The notes: generated by a model not told the origin, from the sequence alone. A DNA stretch of 46,686 nt from Candidatus Parcubacteria bacterium (GCA_027046565.1 JALTXW010000025.1:1-46686), one strand, 5' to 3'. Shown: positions 24,735 to 33,036, counted from the first letter of the stretch. Program-made: numbers and translations.

Positions 24735-26385
24735 GGTCTTAATTTCGGTTTTAATTTTATTTTTAGCTTTCAATCAGGCTAAAGGATTGATGGATATAGA
24801 AATTAAAGAAGATTTTGAAGATGAAGATAAAAGGATAATGGAAATTAGAAAAAGGGTGGAAGAAAGGGCTGAAAAACTTCAACAAGATTTAAAGTCTAGA
24901 GTCAAAGATTTAGAGCAGAGAAAAACAAATGATATCCGAAAGGAAAAGAAAGTTAATTTAGTAGAAGTTAGAGAAGCTAAAGATATTTTTGAGTCTTTAC
25001 CTAAAGGAAAATTTTTAAATCTTTCTCCTGGAGAGGAAATAAGTGAAGAAAAAGAGATTCTCTTTGAGGTTGAGGGAGCCTCTCAAGTAGAACTTTACTT
25101 GAGAAAACCAACCTCTCTAACCAAAATCTATGGAGGGAGTTTTGAAAGAGAAGAAGGAAACTTATGGAAAACTGAACTTAAAGCTAAAAACTTTCCTTCC
25201 GGACCCTATGTTTTAGAAGTAAAGATCTTTAACACAGATTTGAAACAACCTTATTGGGGAACAAAGATTAAAGTTTGGATTAAAAATATACCTAAGGAAA
25301 AAGATGAGAAGGCAAGAAGAAAAGAAAAGCAACTTAAAGAGCAACTTGAAAAAGTAGAAGATAAAGAAGAAGAAGTAAAAGAAGAGCTAGAAAAGGTTAA
25401 AGAAGAAATTAAAAAGGTTATAGCAAAACAAAAGGAAGAGTTGGAAAAAGAAGAAAAAGTTAAGGAAGTGTTGGAGGAATTAGAAGAAGAAGTCTCTAAA
25501 GTTTCTAAAGAAGCAAAAGAAGTATTAGAGAGAGAAAAAGAAAAAGTTCCAGAACTTTTGACCAAAAGCTTTGAAAAAAAGAGAAGGGAAGTTGAAGAAA
25601 AGCTCTCTAAAGTTCTATCTCCACAAGAGCAAATTAAAGTTAAACTTGCAACTCAGGCTATAGAGAACTTGATCAGAGCTACAGAACAGAGACTAAAAGA
25701 AGACTTAAGAGAGTTGGAAAATTTAGAAAAAGAACTGCTTAAAGACTCAGATCAAGATGGGATCATAGATAAAGAAGAATTAAGATTAGGAACTGATCCA
25801 TTCAATCCCGATACCGATCAAGATGGTATCTTGGATTCCTCAGAGTTAGAGGAAGGTTTAGATCCTTTAAATCCTTCTTTAGGAGCTAAGATTAAGTTTG
25901 AAGATCCAAGAAAAGCAAAGATACCTCCTTCTCCAGAGATAAAAATAGAAAAGGTAGAAGTTATAGAGATTCCTGAAAAGCAAACTTTAGGCTTGAGAAT
26001 TGAAGGCAAAGCTTTGCCTTTTACTTTTGTAACTTTACATATCTTTTCACCTTTAATTGTAATAGCTAGAGCAGATGCTTACGGTAATTGGAGTTATATT
26101 TTAGATAAAGATTTAGAAGATGGAGTGCATCAAGTGTTTGCTACTATTAACAAAGGTTCAGGAGAGATTGATAAGATTTCAGAACCTTTTGAGTTTATCA
26201 AAAGAGGAAAAGAGATTGTCCGAATATTTGGAGGGGAAGCTTCACTTCAGAGGGTTCCCGCCATAGAAAAGTTAGAAAAGAGTTTCATCTTATTGATTAG
26301 CTCTTTGATCTTCTTTAGTCTAGGTTTAGCTTTAACTTTGATAGGAGTGTTTTTAAACTTAAGGCAAAAGAGGATTAGATTATAA
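24718..26385 (+). CDS. cell-surface protein: signal peptide, E/K-rich coiled coil, thrombospondin type-3-like Ca-binding repeats, Ig-like region, C-terminal TM anchor
   Basis: 555 aa. DSDQDGIIDKEE...DPFNPDTDQDGILDSSE...DPLNP is encoded at 25744-25875. The C-terminus is a hydrophobic helix followed by RQKRIRL. Confidence 0.65.
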   Translation: MINFFKVLISVLILFLAFNQAKGLMDIEIKEDFEDEDKRIMEIRKRVEERAEKLQQDLKSRVKDLEQRKTNDIRKEKKVNLVEVREAKDIFESLPKGKFLNLSPGEEISEEKEILFEVEGASQVELYLRKPTSLTKIYGGSFEREEGNLWKTELKAKNFPSGPYVLEVKIFNTDLKQPYWGTKIKVWIKNIPKEKDEKARRKEKQLKEQLEKVEDKEEEVKEELEKVKEEIKKVIAKQKEELEKEEKVKEVLEELEEEVSKVSKEAKEVLEREKEKVPELLTKSFEKKRREVEEKLSKVLSPQEQIKVKLATQAIENLIRATEQRLKEDLRELENLEKELLKDSDQDGIIDKEELRLGTDPFNPDTDQDGILDSSELEEGLDPLNPSLGAKIKFEDPRKAKIPPSPEIKIEKVEVIEIPEKQTLGLRIEGKALPFTFVTLHIFSPLIVIARADAYGNWSYILDKDLEDGVHQVFATINKGSGEIDKISEPFEFIKRGKEIVRIFGGEASLQRVPAIEKLEKSFILLISSLIFFSLGLALTLIGVFLNLRQKRIRL

Positions 26386-26391
26386 GTTAGC

Positions 26392-27759
26392 ATGGGGTTT
26401 AAACAAACCTTTTTTTATCCTTTTAAGTTTATAAGAAGATACCCAGGGATTTTGTATTCTCTTTCTCTCTTAGTTTTTATTCCTTTGATCTTATGGTATA
26501 ACACCTTTTATATCTTAAATGCCTTTAAAAGACTTACCGATTTAGATCTTCAAAACAAAGCAGTTTTGGTAGCTAATATTTTAGAGACTCTAATTAAAGA
26601 AGAACTTAAAGATCCTTCTTTATTACAGAAAAAGATCGAAGAGATTGCTTCTAAAAATCCAGAAATAAAAGAGCTTAGAGTGTTAATCGAAGAAAGAGGA
26701 GGCAGGTTTAAGATTATAGCTTCTTCTTTTCCTGAGGAGATTAACTTTAGAGCTTCAGATCCAGCTTTAGCTTTAGCTTTTTCTCAAAACCAACCGATAG
26801 CTAATCTCTTAGTAGATGAACAAGGTTTTAGGCTTTGGAATATTATCAAACCTTTAAGTAAAGATGGAGAAAAGTTAGGCTTGATAGCTTTAAAGTTTTC
26901 TTTGGCTAATGTGGACAGGTTAACCATCGAAGTTACCAACCGAGCTTACCTTATGGTGATTTTAGCTATCTTTGGAAGTTTAATTTTGATCTTACACCAT
27001 ACTAGATTGTTTGAGTATGTAACTTTGAGTCAAAAGTTAAAGGAGTTAGACAAAGCTAAAGATGAGTTTATTAGAATGGCAACTCACGAGCTTCAAAATC
27101 CTATTTCCAACATTAGAGGATATATTAGTTATCTCAAAGAAAAAATTGAAGGTAAGCTTAACGAAGAAGAAAAGGAAATGTTAGAAAGAGTGGAGCTTTC
27201 AGCTAAAAATTTGAGCAATCTAGTTGAGGACATTCTGGAAGTAGCAAGAATTGAACAGGGAAGGTTAGATTTAACTCCAAAATTGGTAAATCCTTTAGAG
27301 ATAACCATAGAAGTTTTAGAAGAGTTGAAAGGAAAAGCCGAAGAAAAAGGTTTGAATCTAAAGTTGATCTTTGAAGGAGAGAAAAGGAATGTTTTCTTAA
27401 AGGTTAATCCCAATAGATTAAGACAAATTTTGTTTAACTTAGTTCACAATGGAATCAAGTATACTCCAAAGGGAGAGGTGAGAGTAATCTTGAGGCCGGA
27501 TCTTAATAAAAAAAGGTATTTTATTGCAGTAGAAGATACTGGTATTGGTATTCCTGCTGAAGCTCAGGCTAAGCTTTTTACTAAGTTTTTTAGAGTAAAA
27601 ACCAGAGAGACTGCAGGCATTCCAGGCACAGGTTTGGGTTTGTGGATTGCAAAAGAGCTTACCGAAAGGATGGGGGGTAAGATTTTGGTAGAAAGTATAG
27701 AGAAAGTTGGAACCAGGTTTACTTTAAGCTTTCCTTTATATCTTGATAAAGACAAGTAA
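26392..27759 (+). CDS. membrane sensor histidine kinase (two TM helices flanking an extracytoplasmic domain)
   Basis: 455 aa. H-box ATHELQNPISNI, N box HNGIKYT, G boxes DTGIGI and GTGLGLWIAK. Confidence 0.9.
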   Translation: MGFKQTFFYPFKFIRRYPGILYSLSLLVFIPLILWYNTFYILNAFKRLTDLDLQNKAVLVANILETLIKEELKDPSLLQKKIEEIASKNPEIKELRVLIEERGGRFKIIASSFPEEINFRASDPALALAFSQNQPIANLLVDEQGFRLWNIIKPLSKDGEKLGLIALKFSLANVDRLTIEVTNRAYLMVILAIFGSLILILHHTRLFEYVTLSQKLKELDKAKDEFIRMATHELQNPISNIRGYISYLKEKIEGKLNEEEKEMLERVELSAKNLSNLVEDILEVARIEQGRLDLTPKLVNPLEITIEVLEELKGKAEEKGLNLKLIFEGEKRNVFLKVNPNRLRQILFNLVHNGIKYTPKGEVRVILRPDLNKKRYFIAVEDTGIGIPAEAQAKLFTKFFRVKTRETAGIPGTGLGLWIAKELTERMGGKILVESIEKVGTRFTLSFPLYLDKDK

Positions 27760-27806
27760 CTTGTTTAAAATGAAAAGCTTAACTTGGAAAAATTTAAAAA
27801 TCTTAA

Positions 27807-27989
27807 ATGGCAAAGAGAAAGCATTTCCATTTGCCCAAAAGTTTGAAAATATACTTAAGAAGAAAGAAAGCTCAAATTCGAAAAGAGATATTCTTGCCCC
27901 AACAACAAAAAGAAGCAATTTTAAATTTGTATAAAGAAATTTTGCAAAAATTAAAAACTAAAAGCTATGAAGATCAAAGAAATATATGA
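27807..27989 (+). CDS. possible small basic protein (60 aa), very uncertain
   Basis: One of two overlapping 60-63-aa ORFs in an otherwise empty 207-nt gap. No SD and no homology recognised. The N-terminus MAKRKHFHLPKSLKIYLRRKK is basic. Confidence 0.2.
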   Translation: MAKRKHFHLPKSLKIYLRRKKAQIRKEIFLPQQQKEAILNLYKEILQKLKTKSYEDQRNI

Positions 27990-28911
27990 AGTTGCAATCC
28001 AAAAAGGTTTAGAGACTGATTTTAGAAGCAAAGAGGAAATTGAAAGATACTTAGAAAGAGTAAAAGATAAGTATAAAAAGCTTCCTGAAAATAAAAAAGA
28101 GCTTTTTGATAAAGAAAGACTTTCTCATCCTTATACCGATACAAGAATTTTGTTTGGAGATCCAGAAAAGGAAGTGAAGAAGGTTTTAGTTGGTATAGAT
28201 ATAGATGGAGACGAACTTTTTATTGCCGAAAGAATAGGAGTAGATTTAGTAATAGCTCATCATCCCAGGGGGATCGCTTTAGCTGGTTTAGATGAAGTTA
28301 TGGATTTGCAAGTTGAGCTTTTAGCTAAATATGGGGTTCCTATTCACATTGCAGAAAGACTTTTGCGAAAAAGGATCACTGAAGTAGCAAGGGGACTTTC
28401 TCCTGGCAATCACAATAGAGTAGTAGATTTAGCTCAGCTTTTAAATATTCCTTTAATGTGTGTACATACTCCTTCAGATAACTTGGTAGCGAGGTTTTTA
28501 GAACAAAAGATTTTAAAAGAAAATCAACCTTACTGGGTGAAAGATATCTTTGAGATATTGTATCAGATTCCAGAGTATCGAATCGCAGAAAGGTTAGGTA
28601 TAGGGCCTAAGCTTTTTGCAGGAAGTATGGAAAATAGAGCAGGAAGGATTGCCTTAACTGAGATTACAGGGGGTACTGAGGGGAGTCCTGAGATTTACCA
28701 AAAGCTTTCGGATGTGGGGATAGGAACTATAATAGGTATGCATATGTCAGAAAAACATCGCGAGGAAGCTGAAAAGTCCCTCTTAAATGTAGTGATTGCA
28801 GGACATATGTCTTCTGATTCTTTGGGAATGAATCTCTTTTTAGACGAACTTGAAAAAAGAGAGATAGAGATTATTCCTTGTTCAGGATTTATAAGGATTT
28901 CAAGAGTATAG
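27967..28911 (+). CDS. NIF3 (DUF34) family metal-binding protein-like
   Basis: 314 aa. VDLVIAHHPRG and a late VIAGHMSSDSLG resemble the two His-containing NIF3 motifs. Confidence 0.55.
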   Translation: MKIKEIYEVAIQKGLETDFRSKEEIERYLERVKDKYKKLPENKKELFDKERLSHPYTDTRILFGDPEKEVKKVLVGIDIDGDELFIAERIGVDLVIAHHPRGIALAGLDEVMDLQVELLAKYGVPIHIAERLLRKRITEVARGLSPGNHNRVVDLAQLLNIPLMCVHTPSDNLVARFLEQKILKENQPYWVKDIFEILYQIPEYRIAERLGIGPKLFAGSMENRAGRIALTEITGGTEGSPEIYQKLSDVGIGTIIGMHMSEKHREEAEKSLLNVVIAGHMSSDSLGMNLFLDELEKREIEIIPCSGFIRISRV

Positions 28912-28912
28912 C

Positions 28913-30616
28913 TTATCTTTTAATTACAATTTGCATAGGTTTTGCATTAAACTCCTCTTCTCTGAACCCTTTAACTTTGAGGTAAATAGTGTAAAATCCA
29001 TTTTCTACCAATCTCCCTGAGTTATCTTTTAGATTCCATTCAAAAGCATTGCCAAAAATGTTTTCTTTCTTTAAAACTAACTTTTGAGTTAAATCTAGGA
29101 TCTCTAAGCTTAAAGCTTTTATCCCTTGCCCTTCGGCTTTAATTAAAACCCTTTCTTGTTTAATTATTCTTTCAGGTAAAGTAAAAACTTTTTCTACCCT
29201 TAACTTAGGCACCAAAATACCTTCTTGCTCTAAATCTTTTAATAGATTATCTAAAAGACTAAAAAGTTGAGCAGAGCTTAACTTAGGAGGAAGAGTATGC
29301 AAAGGAGTAAAGCTAAAGTAATAGCTTAAAATTAAGCTTAAAGTTTGAGAGTCTATCTTTTGACCTTGAGTGTGAGGAACTTCTTTTTGAAGCAAGTAAT
29401 AAGTTAAAGCTAACTTAGCTTCTTCTTTGCAAATTATCAAATCTGCGTTTTGGGTTGGAGGACATTCTTTTTTTAGTCTTGCTATTATTCCTGGGATTGA
29501 AATTTCAGGAGGAACTACAAAATTAGTCTGATCGGGGACAGGATTGGGATTAGATAGATGAACGAAAGAGTAGTTTAGGTTAGGATCTATCTTAGCTAAG
29601 CTTAGAAGTTTTTTGGAAGCTTCTTTGATCTTAATATTATCTGTAATTTTCCAAATTGCTTCTTGAGCATATTGAGCTTGATGAAGGTTATTTAAATCTA
29701 TGATCTCTATTAAGTCTTTTAACTTTTGAGCTAACTTTAAAGGCCAATCTTTGAGATTTAAAGTAACATCTAAAACTTCCTCTTCCTGAGGCCATTGTTT
29801 GTACCTATCAATACAAGCTCCCATTAATCCTTCTAAAGAAGGAGTAGTTTCTCTAGGAATGAATACTTCGAAGTCTTGAGTTATTACTAAAGATTGTTTA
29901 CCGACTTTGCTTACTAAAACATCTCCTTTTTCAATATTAATAGCTATATGCTCTTTGAAGGTTTGAGTAGGTTTGAAAGTTGCAATCTTTCTAAAAAAAT
30001 TACCTGTACTCTTTATCAGTATCAAACCTTCTTTAGCTGCTTCTTGCAGAGTATAGTGCTTAACCCCTTCTCCAAAAGGCATAAGCTTAATTAATCTTGG
30101 ACTTACTAAAATTACATCTTTTGGATTTAAAGATCTTCCTTTAAATTCTCTTTCTGGAACATAAAATCTTTTGCCTCCTTTTCTGATTTCAAAAACATAA
30201 GGAGCCCCTTCCATTCTAACTAGCAATCCATCTGATCTTTCAGTAGGTTCAAATATCGTAGGTCCGAGTTGATACAAAGAAAGTTCTTGGGAGGAGAGAT
30301 TTTGAATTTTGTTTTCTTCCCATCCTTTGATTCCTTGCATCAATTTTAGAATTTCGGAAGAAGTTATAGGATACTTTTTTCCGTTTTGAAGCCAGTAAAT
30401 TTTTTGAGTATTTTGTTCTTTGGCTAAAATTAAATCTTTTTCCGGTTTTGGTTGGATTATTGGAGGATTTTCTATCATTTCTTGAGGGGGAGTGCTAATA
30501 TCTAAAGGATCGTAGCCTAACTCTTCAGGTTCTTTGGTTACGAGTGCAAAATAGATAAAAAAAATTAGAGTCACCAATGCTCCTAAAGAGAGAAAGATTT
30601 TAGTTAAAGTTTTCAT
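28913..30616 (-). CDS. secreted/anchored hypothetical protein with a C-terminal FlgD-Ig-like beta domain
   Basis: 567 aa with an N-terminal TM helix. The C-terminus FEWNLKDNSGRLVENGFYTIYLKV matches the W-D/N-G-x-D-x-x-G-x-x-V-x-x-G-x-Y pattern. Two G-K-K/R-x-Y/F-I/V-P/T-S/E segments occur near the N-terminus. Confidence 0.6.
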   Translation of the reverse strand: MKTLTKIFLSLGALVTLIFFIYFALVTKEPEELGYDPLDISTPPQEMIENPPIIQPKPEKDLILAKEQNTQKIYWLQNGKKYPITSSEILKLMQGIKGWEENKIQNLSSQELSLYQLGPTIFEPTERSDGLLVRMEGAPYVFEIRKGGKRFYVPEREFKGRSLNPKDVILVSPRLIKLMPFGEGVKHYTLQEAAKEGLILIKSTGNFFRKIATFKPTQTFKEHIAINIEKGDVLVSKVGKQSLVITQDFEVFIPRETTPSLEGLMGACIDRYKQWPQEEEVLDVTLNLKDWPLKLAQKLKDLIEIIDLNNLHQAQYAQEAIWKITDNIKIKEASKKLLSLAKIDPNLNYSFVHLSNPNPVPDQTNFVVPPEISIPGIIARLKKECPPTQNADLIICKEEAKLALTYYLLQKEVPHTQGQKIDSQTLSLILSYYFSFTPLHTLPPKLSSAQLFSLLDNLLKDLEQEGILVPKLRVEKVFTLPERIIKQERVLIKAEGQGIKALSLEILDLTQKLVLKKENIFGNAFEWNLKDNSGRLVENGFYTIYLKVKGFREEEFNAKPMQIVIKR

Positions 30617-30640
30617 ACTTTTGCCCTTATAGTTTATAAT
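30612..30640 (+). promoter_or_regulatory. candidate promoter (TTCATA-17-TATAAT) for the presenilin-like gene
   Basis: TATAAT at 30635-30640, 13 nt before the GTG start. The -35 match is weak. Confidence 0.3.
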
Positions 30641-30653
30641 AACATAAAAAACT

Positions 30654-31511
30654 GTGATAAGAATATTAAGTGAAATTTTAGGAGTTAGTATTTTTTCTTT
30701 TTTGCTTTTGTTTTTAACCTATTTTAAAGTTTCTGCTTTTAAAAGTTTAAGCTTCCTCCTTACTCCTCCAAGCAAAAGTTTGAGTTTAGAGGATATCTTA
30801 TTTAGCTTTGGGGTAGCTTTGTTTTTAATCTTAGTTTTAGTTTATATTTTGAGAAAAAGAAGAGCTTTAAATAAAGTTTTGTTTAAAATCCTTTTGATCT
30901 TAGCCTTATTTATAGGCAATTCTCTTTTTTGGGAAATTAATCTGGGCTCTGCTTTGTTTGGTTTGGTAATTACTTTAGCTTTGATTGGGATGGTTTTAAA
31001 GTTTAAGTTATGGCTAATCCATGATTTAGCTTTGATTTTTGCTTTAGTAGGAATGGGCTTTCATCTTGGTATTTTGATTACCCCTCTAATAGGAGTCGCT
31101 TTATTGGTATTTCTTTCTGTTTATGATTTTGTTGCGGTTTATTTTACCAAACATATGGTAGATACTGCTAAAGCTATGATTCAAGCTCAAGCACCTTTAG
31201 GTTTAATTTTGCCCAAAAGAGTTTCTTTTAAGGCTAAAACTTCAGACCTTTTGCAAGAATATCAGGAAGATAAAGCTAAAAACTTTATAATTTTAGGAGC
31301 AGGAGATTTGCTTTTTCCTTTGTCTTTTTTAACATCAGTGTTGTTTAAGGAGGGACTAGAACAAGGTATTATAGTAGCTTTATTTTCTGTTTTAGGGATT
31401 CTTTTGAGTATTTTTATTTTTCTCTCTCAAAGCAAAGAAAAGCCTATGCCAGCTTTACCTCCTATAGCTTTGATGATTTTAGTAGGTTATTTAGTTGCTA
31501 AGTTAATTTAA
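30654..31511 (+). CDS. presenilin / signal-peptide-peptidase family (A22) intramembrane aspartyl protease
   Basis: 285-aa polytopic ORF with a GTG start. All three family motifs are present in order: SVYDFVAVY (YD), ILGAGDLLFP (GxGD), PMPALPPIA (PAL). Confidence 0.8.
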   Translation: MIRILSEILGVSIFSFLLLFLTYFKVSAFKSLSFLLTPPSKSLSLEDILFSFGVALFLILVLVYILRKRRALNKVLFKILLILALFIGNSLFWEINLGSALFGLVITLALIGMVLKFKLWLIHDLALIFALVGMGFHLGILITPLIGVALLVFLSVYDFVAVYFTKHMVDTAKAMIQAQAPLGLILPKRVSFKAKTSDLLQEYQEDKAKNFIILGAGDLLFPLSFLTSVLFKEGLEQGIIVALFSVLGILLSIFIFLSQSKEKPMPALPPIALMILVGYLVAKLI

Positions 31512-31514
31512 GAG

Positions 31515-31541
31515 AAAAAAGGGCCCAATTTTGGGCCCTTT
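31515..31541. terminator. bidirectional intrinsic terminator between convergent genes
   Basis: AAAAAA, then GGGCCC (31521-31526), a 6-nt loop, GGGCCC (31533-31538), then TTT. Confidence 0.6.
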
Positions 31542-31550
31542 GGCACAGGA

Positions 31551-31802
31551 TCATAGTAAAGATGAAAACTTAATTTCTATTCTCAGCCTCCTTAATATGT
31601 TTGAGATTTCTGTGTTTTTCAGACTAACAGGTAGAACAATTTCTTTTATTTTGCCGTTAGCTTTAAAGTGATGTCTTAGATATTTTGCGATCCTTCCAAT
31701 TTTCTTTTTTCTCTTTTTGCAGCATTTTTCTTTAGAAATCTCCTCTAAAATCCTAGCTAACTTCCTCTCTGTTTCCGTAGTAGGTTTTACTAAGTTTAAC
31801 AT
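31551..31802 (-). CDS. small basic hypothetical protein (83 aa), possible DNA-binding autoregulator
   Basis: ATG at 31800-31802 is preceded by AAGGAGGT with a 7-nt spacing. The gene has its own consensus promoter and terminator. KKRKKK cluster and a CC pair. No homology recognised. Confidence 0.65.
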   Translation of the reverse strand: MLNLVKPTTETERKLARILEEISKEKCCKKRKKKIGRIAKYLRHHFKANGKIKEIVLPVSLKNTEISNILRRLRIEIKFSSLL

Positions 31803-31829
31803 TCTATCTACCTCCTTGTTGAAAGAACT

Positions 31830-31853
31830 AATTTGAGATTATAATCTCAAATT
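31830..31853. repeat. 24-bp perfect palindrome AATTTGAGATTATAATCTCAAATT overlapping the -10 box (putative operator)
   Basis: Verified base by base: positions 31830-31841 are the reverse complement of 31842-31853. Confidence 0.85.
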
Positions 31854-31865
31854 TTAAAATGTCAA
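31838..31865 (-). promoter_or_regulatory. consensus promoter TTGACA-16-TATAAT for the 83-aa ORF
   Basis: On the minus strand, TTGACA (31860-31865) and TATAAT (31838-31843). The promoter begins 10 nt after the tRNA-Leu 3' end. Confidence 0.6.
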
Positions 31866-31874
31866 ATCCTATTT

Positions 31875-31961
31875 TGGTGCCCAGGGAGGGATTCGAACCC
31901 TCACGGGTTTTACCCCATGGCCCCCTCAAGGCCACGCGTCTACCAATTCCGCCACCTGGGC
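31875..31961 (-). tRNA. tRNA-Leu (anticodon GAG), CCA encoded
   Basis: 87-nt class II tRNA. Acceptor GCCCAGG/CCTGGGC, anticodon stem TGGCC/GGCCA with loop TTGAGGG, long variable arm, and A73 plus CCA. Confidence 0.9.
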
Positions 31962-31969
31962 ATTAAAAT

Positions 31970-32338
31970 TTACTTTACAGGCTTAAGTTTTCTTCTAAGT
32001 TCTTTAGGGCTTAGATATCTTAAAAAGTATAATTTAGCTCTTCTTACTTTATGTCTTTGCAAGATTTCAATCTTTTCTATTCTCGGAGAGTGTAAAGGCA
32101 ATATCCATTCAACCCCTACTCCTGCTACTTCATTTCTAACTGTAATTGTGGAATTAATACCTTTCCCGTGTTTTTTAGCTAAAACTATCCCTTCAATGAT
32201 TTGAGTCTTAGTTTTCTTTTCTTTGCCATATTTTTCAGACACTAAGTAAAAAATTCTAACTTTATCTCCAGGTCTAATCTCAGGTAGATCTTTTTTGAGA
32301 TGATCTTTAGTAATTTGATTTAAAAGCTCAATATTCAT
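31970..32338 (-). CDS. rplS: 50S ribosomal protein L19
   Basis: 122 aa. IRPGDKVRI...GVGVEWILPLHSPRIEKIEI...VRRAKLYFLR is the canonical L19 pattern. Confidence 0.9.
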   Translation of the reverse strand: MNIELLNQITKDHLKKDLPEIRPGDKVRIFYLVSEKYGKEKKTKTQIIEGIVLAKKHGKGINSTITVRNEVAGVGVEWILPLHSPRIEKIEILQRHKVRRAKLYFLRYLSPKELRRKLKPVK

Positions 32339-33036
32339 GTTTTTGATTTTTGAATTTTATTTAAAAGTAATCTTAAATCTAAAGGTAAGGGAACTTTAAA
32401 CTCTTTTTCTTTACCATCTAAATCACAAAATTTCAAGTAGGAGCAATGCAGAAAATGGCGATTTAAAACTTTTCTTTCTTCTTTAGCCATCTTGCCTCCA
32501 TAAAGCAGATCCCCAAAGATTGGGAATCCTCTTGAAGCTAATTGAACTCTAATTTGGTGCTTTCTTCCAGTTAAAGTCTTAACTTCTATAAGGGTGTAAT
32601 CTTTAAATCTTTCTTTAACTTTAAGCTTTGAAATTGCTTCTCTGATTTTCTGCTTGCCTTTAGCTTCAGGATCTAAAGGAAAGGTAGCTTTAACTTTGAT
32701 AGAATTTGAATCTTGGATTAGCCAATCTTTTAGCTCCATATAGTTTTCTTTAATTTCTCCTCTTACTAAAGCTAAATATTTTTTATTAATTTGGCGCTTT
32801 TTAAATTGATTTTGAAAGTGCTTTAAAGCTTTTTGGTTTTTAGCAATTAAAATTAACCCTGAAGTATCTTTATCTAATCTATGACAGATTCCTGCTCGAG
32901 GCAGATTGGCTAAATATGAGAAAATTTCTTTTATTTTCTCTTCTAAAGATTCTTGATTGTCTCCTTCTTTAGTAGTTGGCAGATTGGCTGGTTTTTCTAC
33001 AATTATAAAATTTTGGCTTTCTTTAATTATCCTCAC
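32335..33036 (-). CDS. RluA-family pseudouridine synthase (no S4 domain)
   Basis: 233 aa with a GTG start. FIIVEKPAN, catalytic HRLDKDTSGLILIAKN, and GRKHQIRVQLA. Confidence 0.85.
   Translation of the reverse strand: MRIIKESQNFIIVEKPANLPTTKEGDNQESLEEKIKEIFSYLANLPRAGICHRLDKDTSGLILIAKNQKALKHFQNQFKKRQINKKYLALVRGEIKENYMELKDWLIQDSNSIKVKATFPLDPEAKGKQKIREAISKLKVKERFKDYTLIEVKTLTGRKHQIRVQLASRGFPIFGDLLYGGKMAKEERKVLNRHFLHCSYLKFCDLDGKEKEFKVPLPLDLRLLLNKIQKSKT

Noticed and set aside
25300-25620. Repetitive GAA/AAA-rich DNA that could look like a repeat array.
   Set aside because: It is the in-frame E/K-rich coiled-coil region of the 555-aa surface protein. It has no regular repeat-spacer periodicity, and no CRISPR-like structure exists anywhere in the window.
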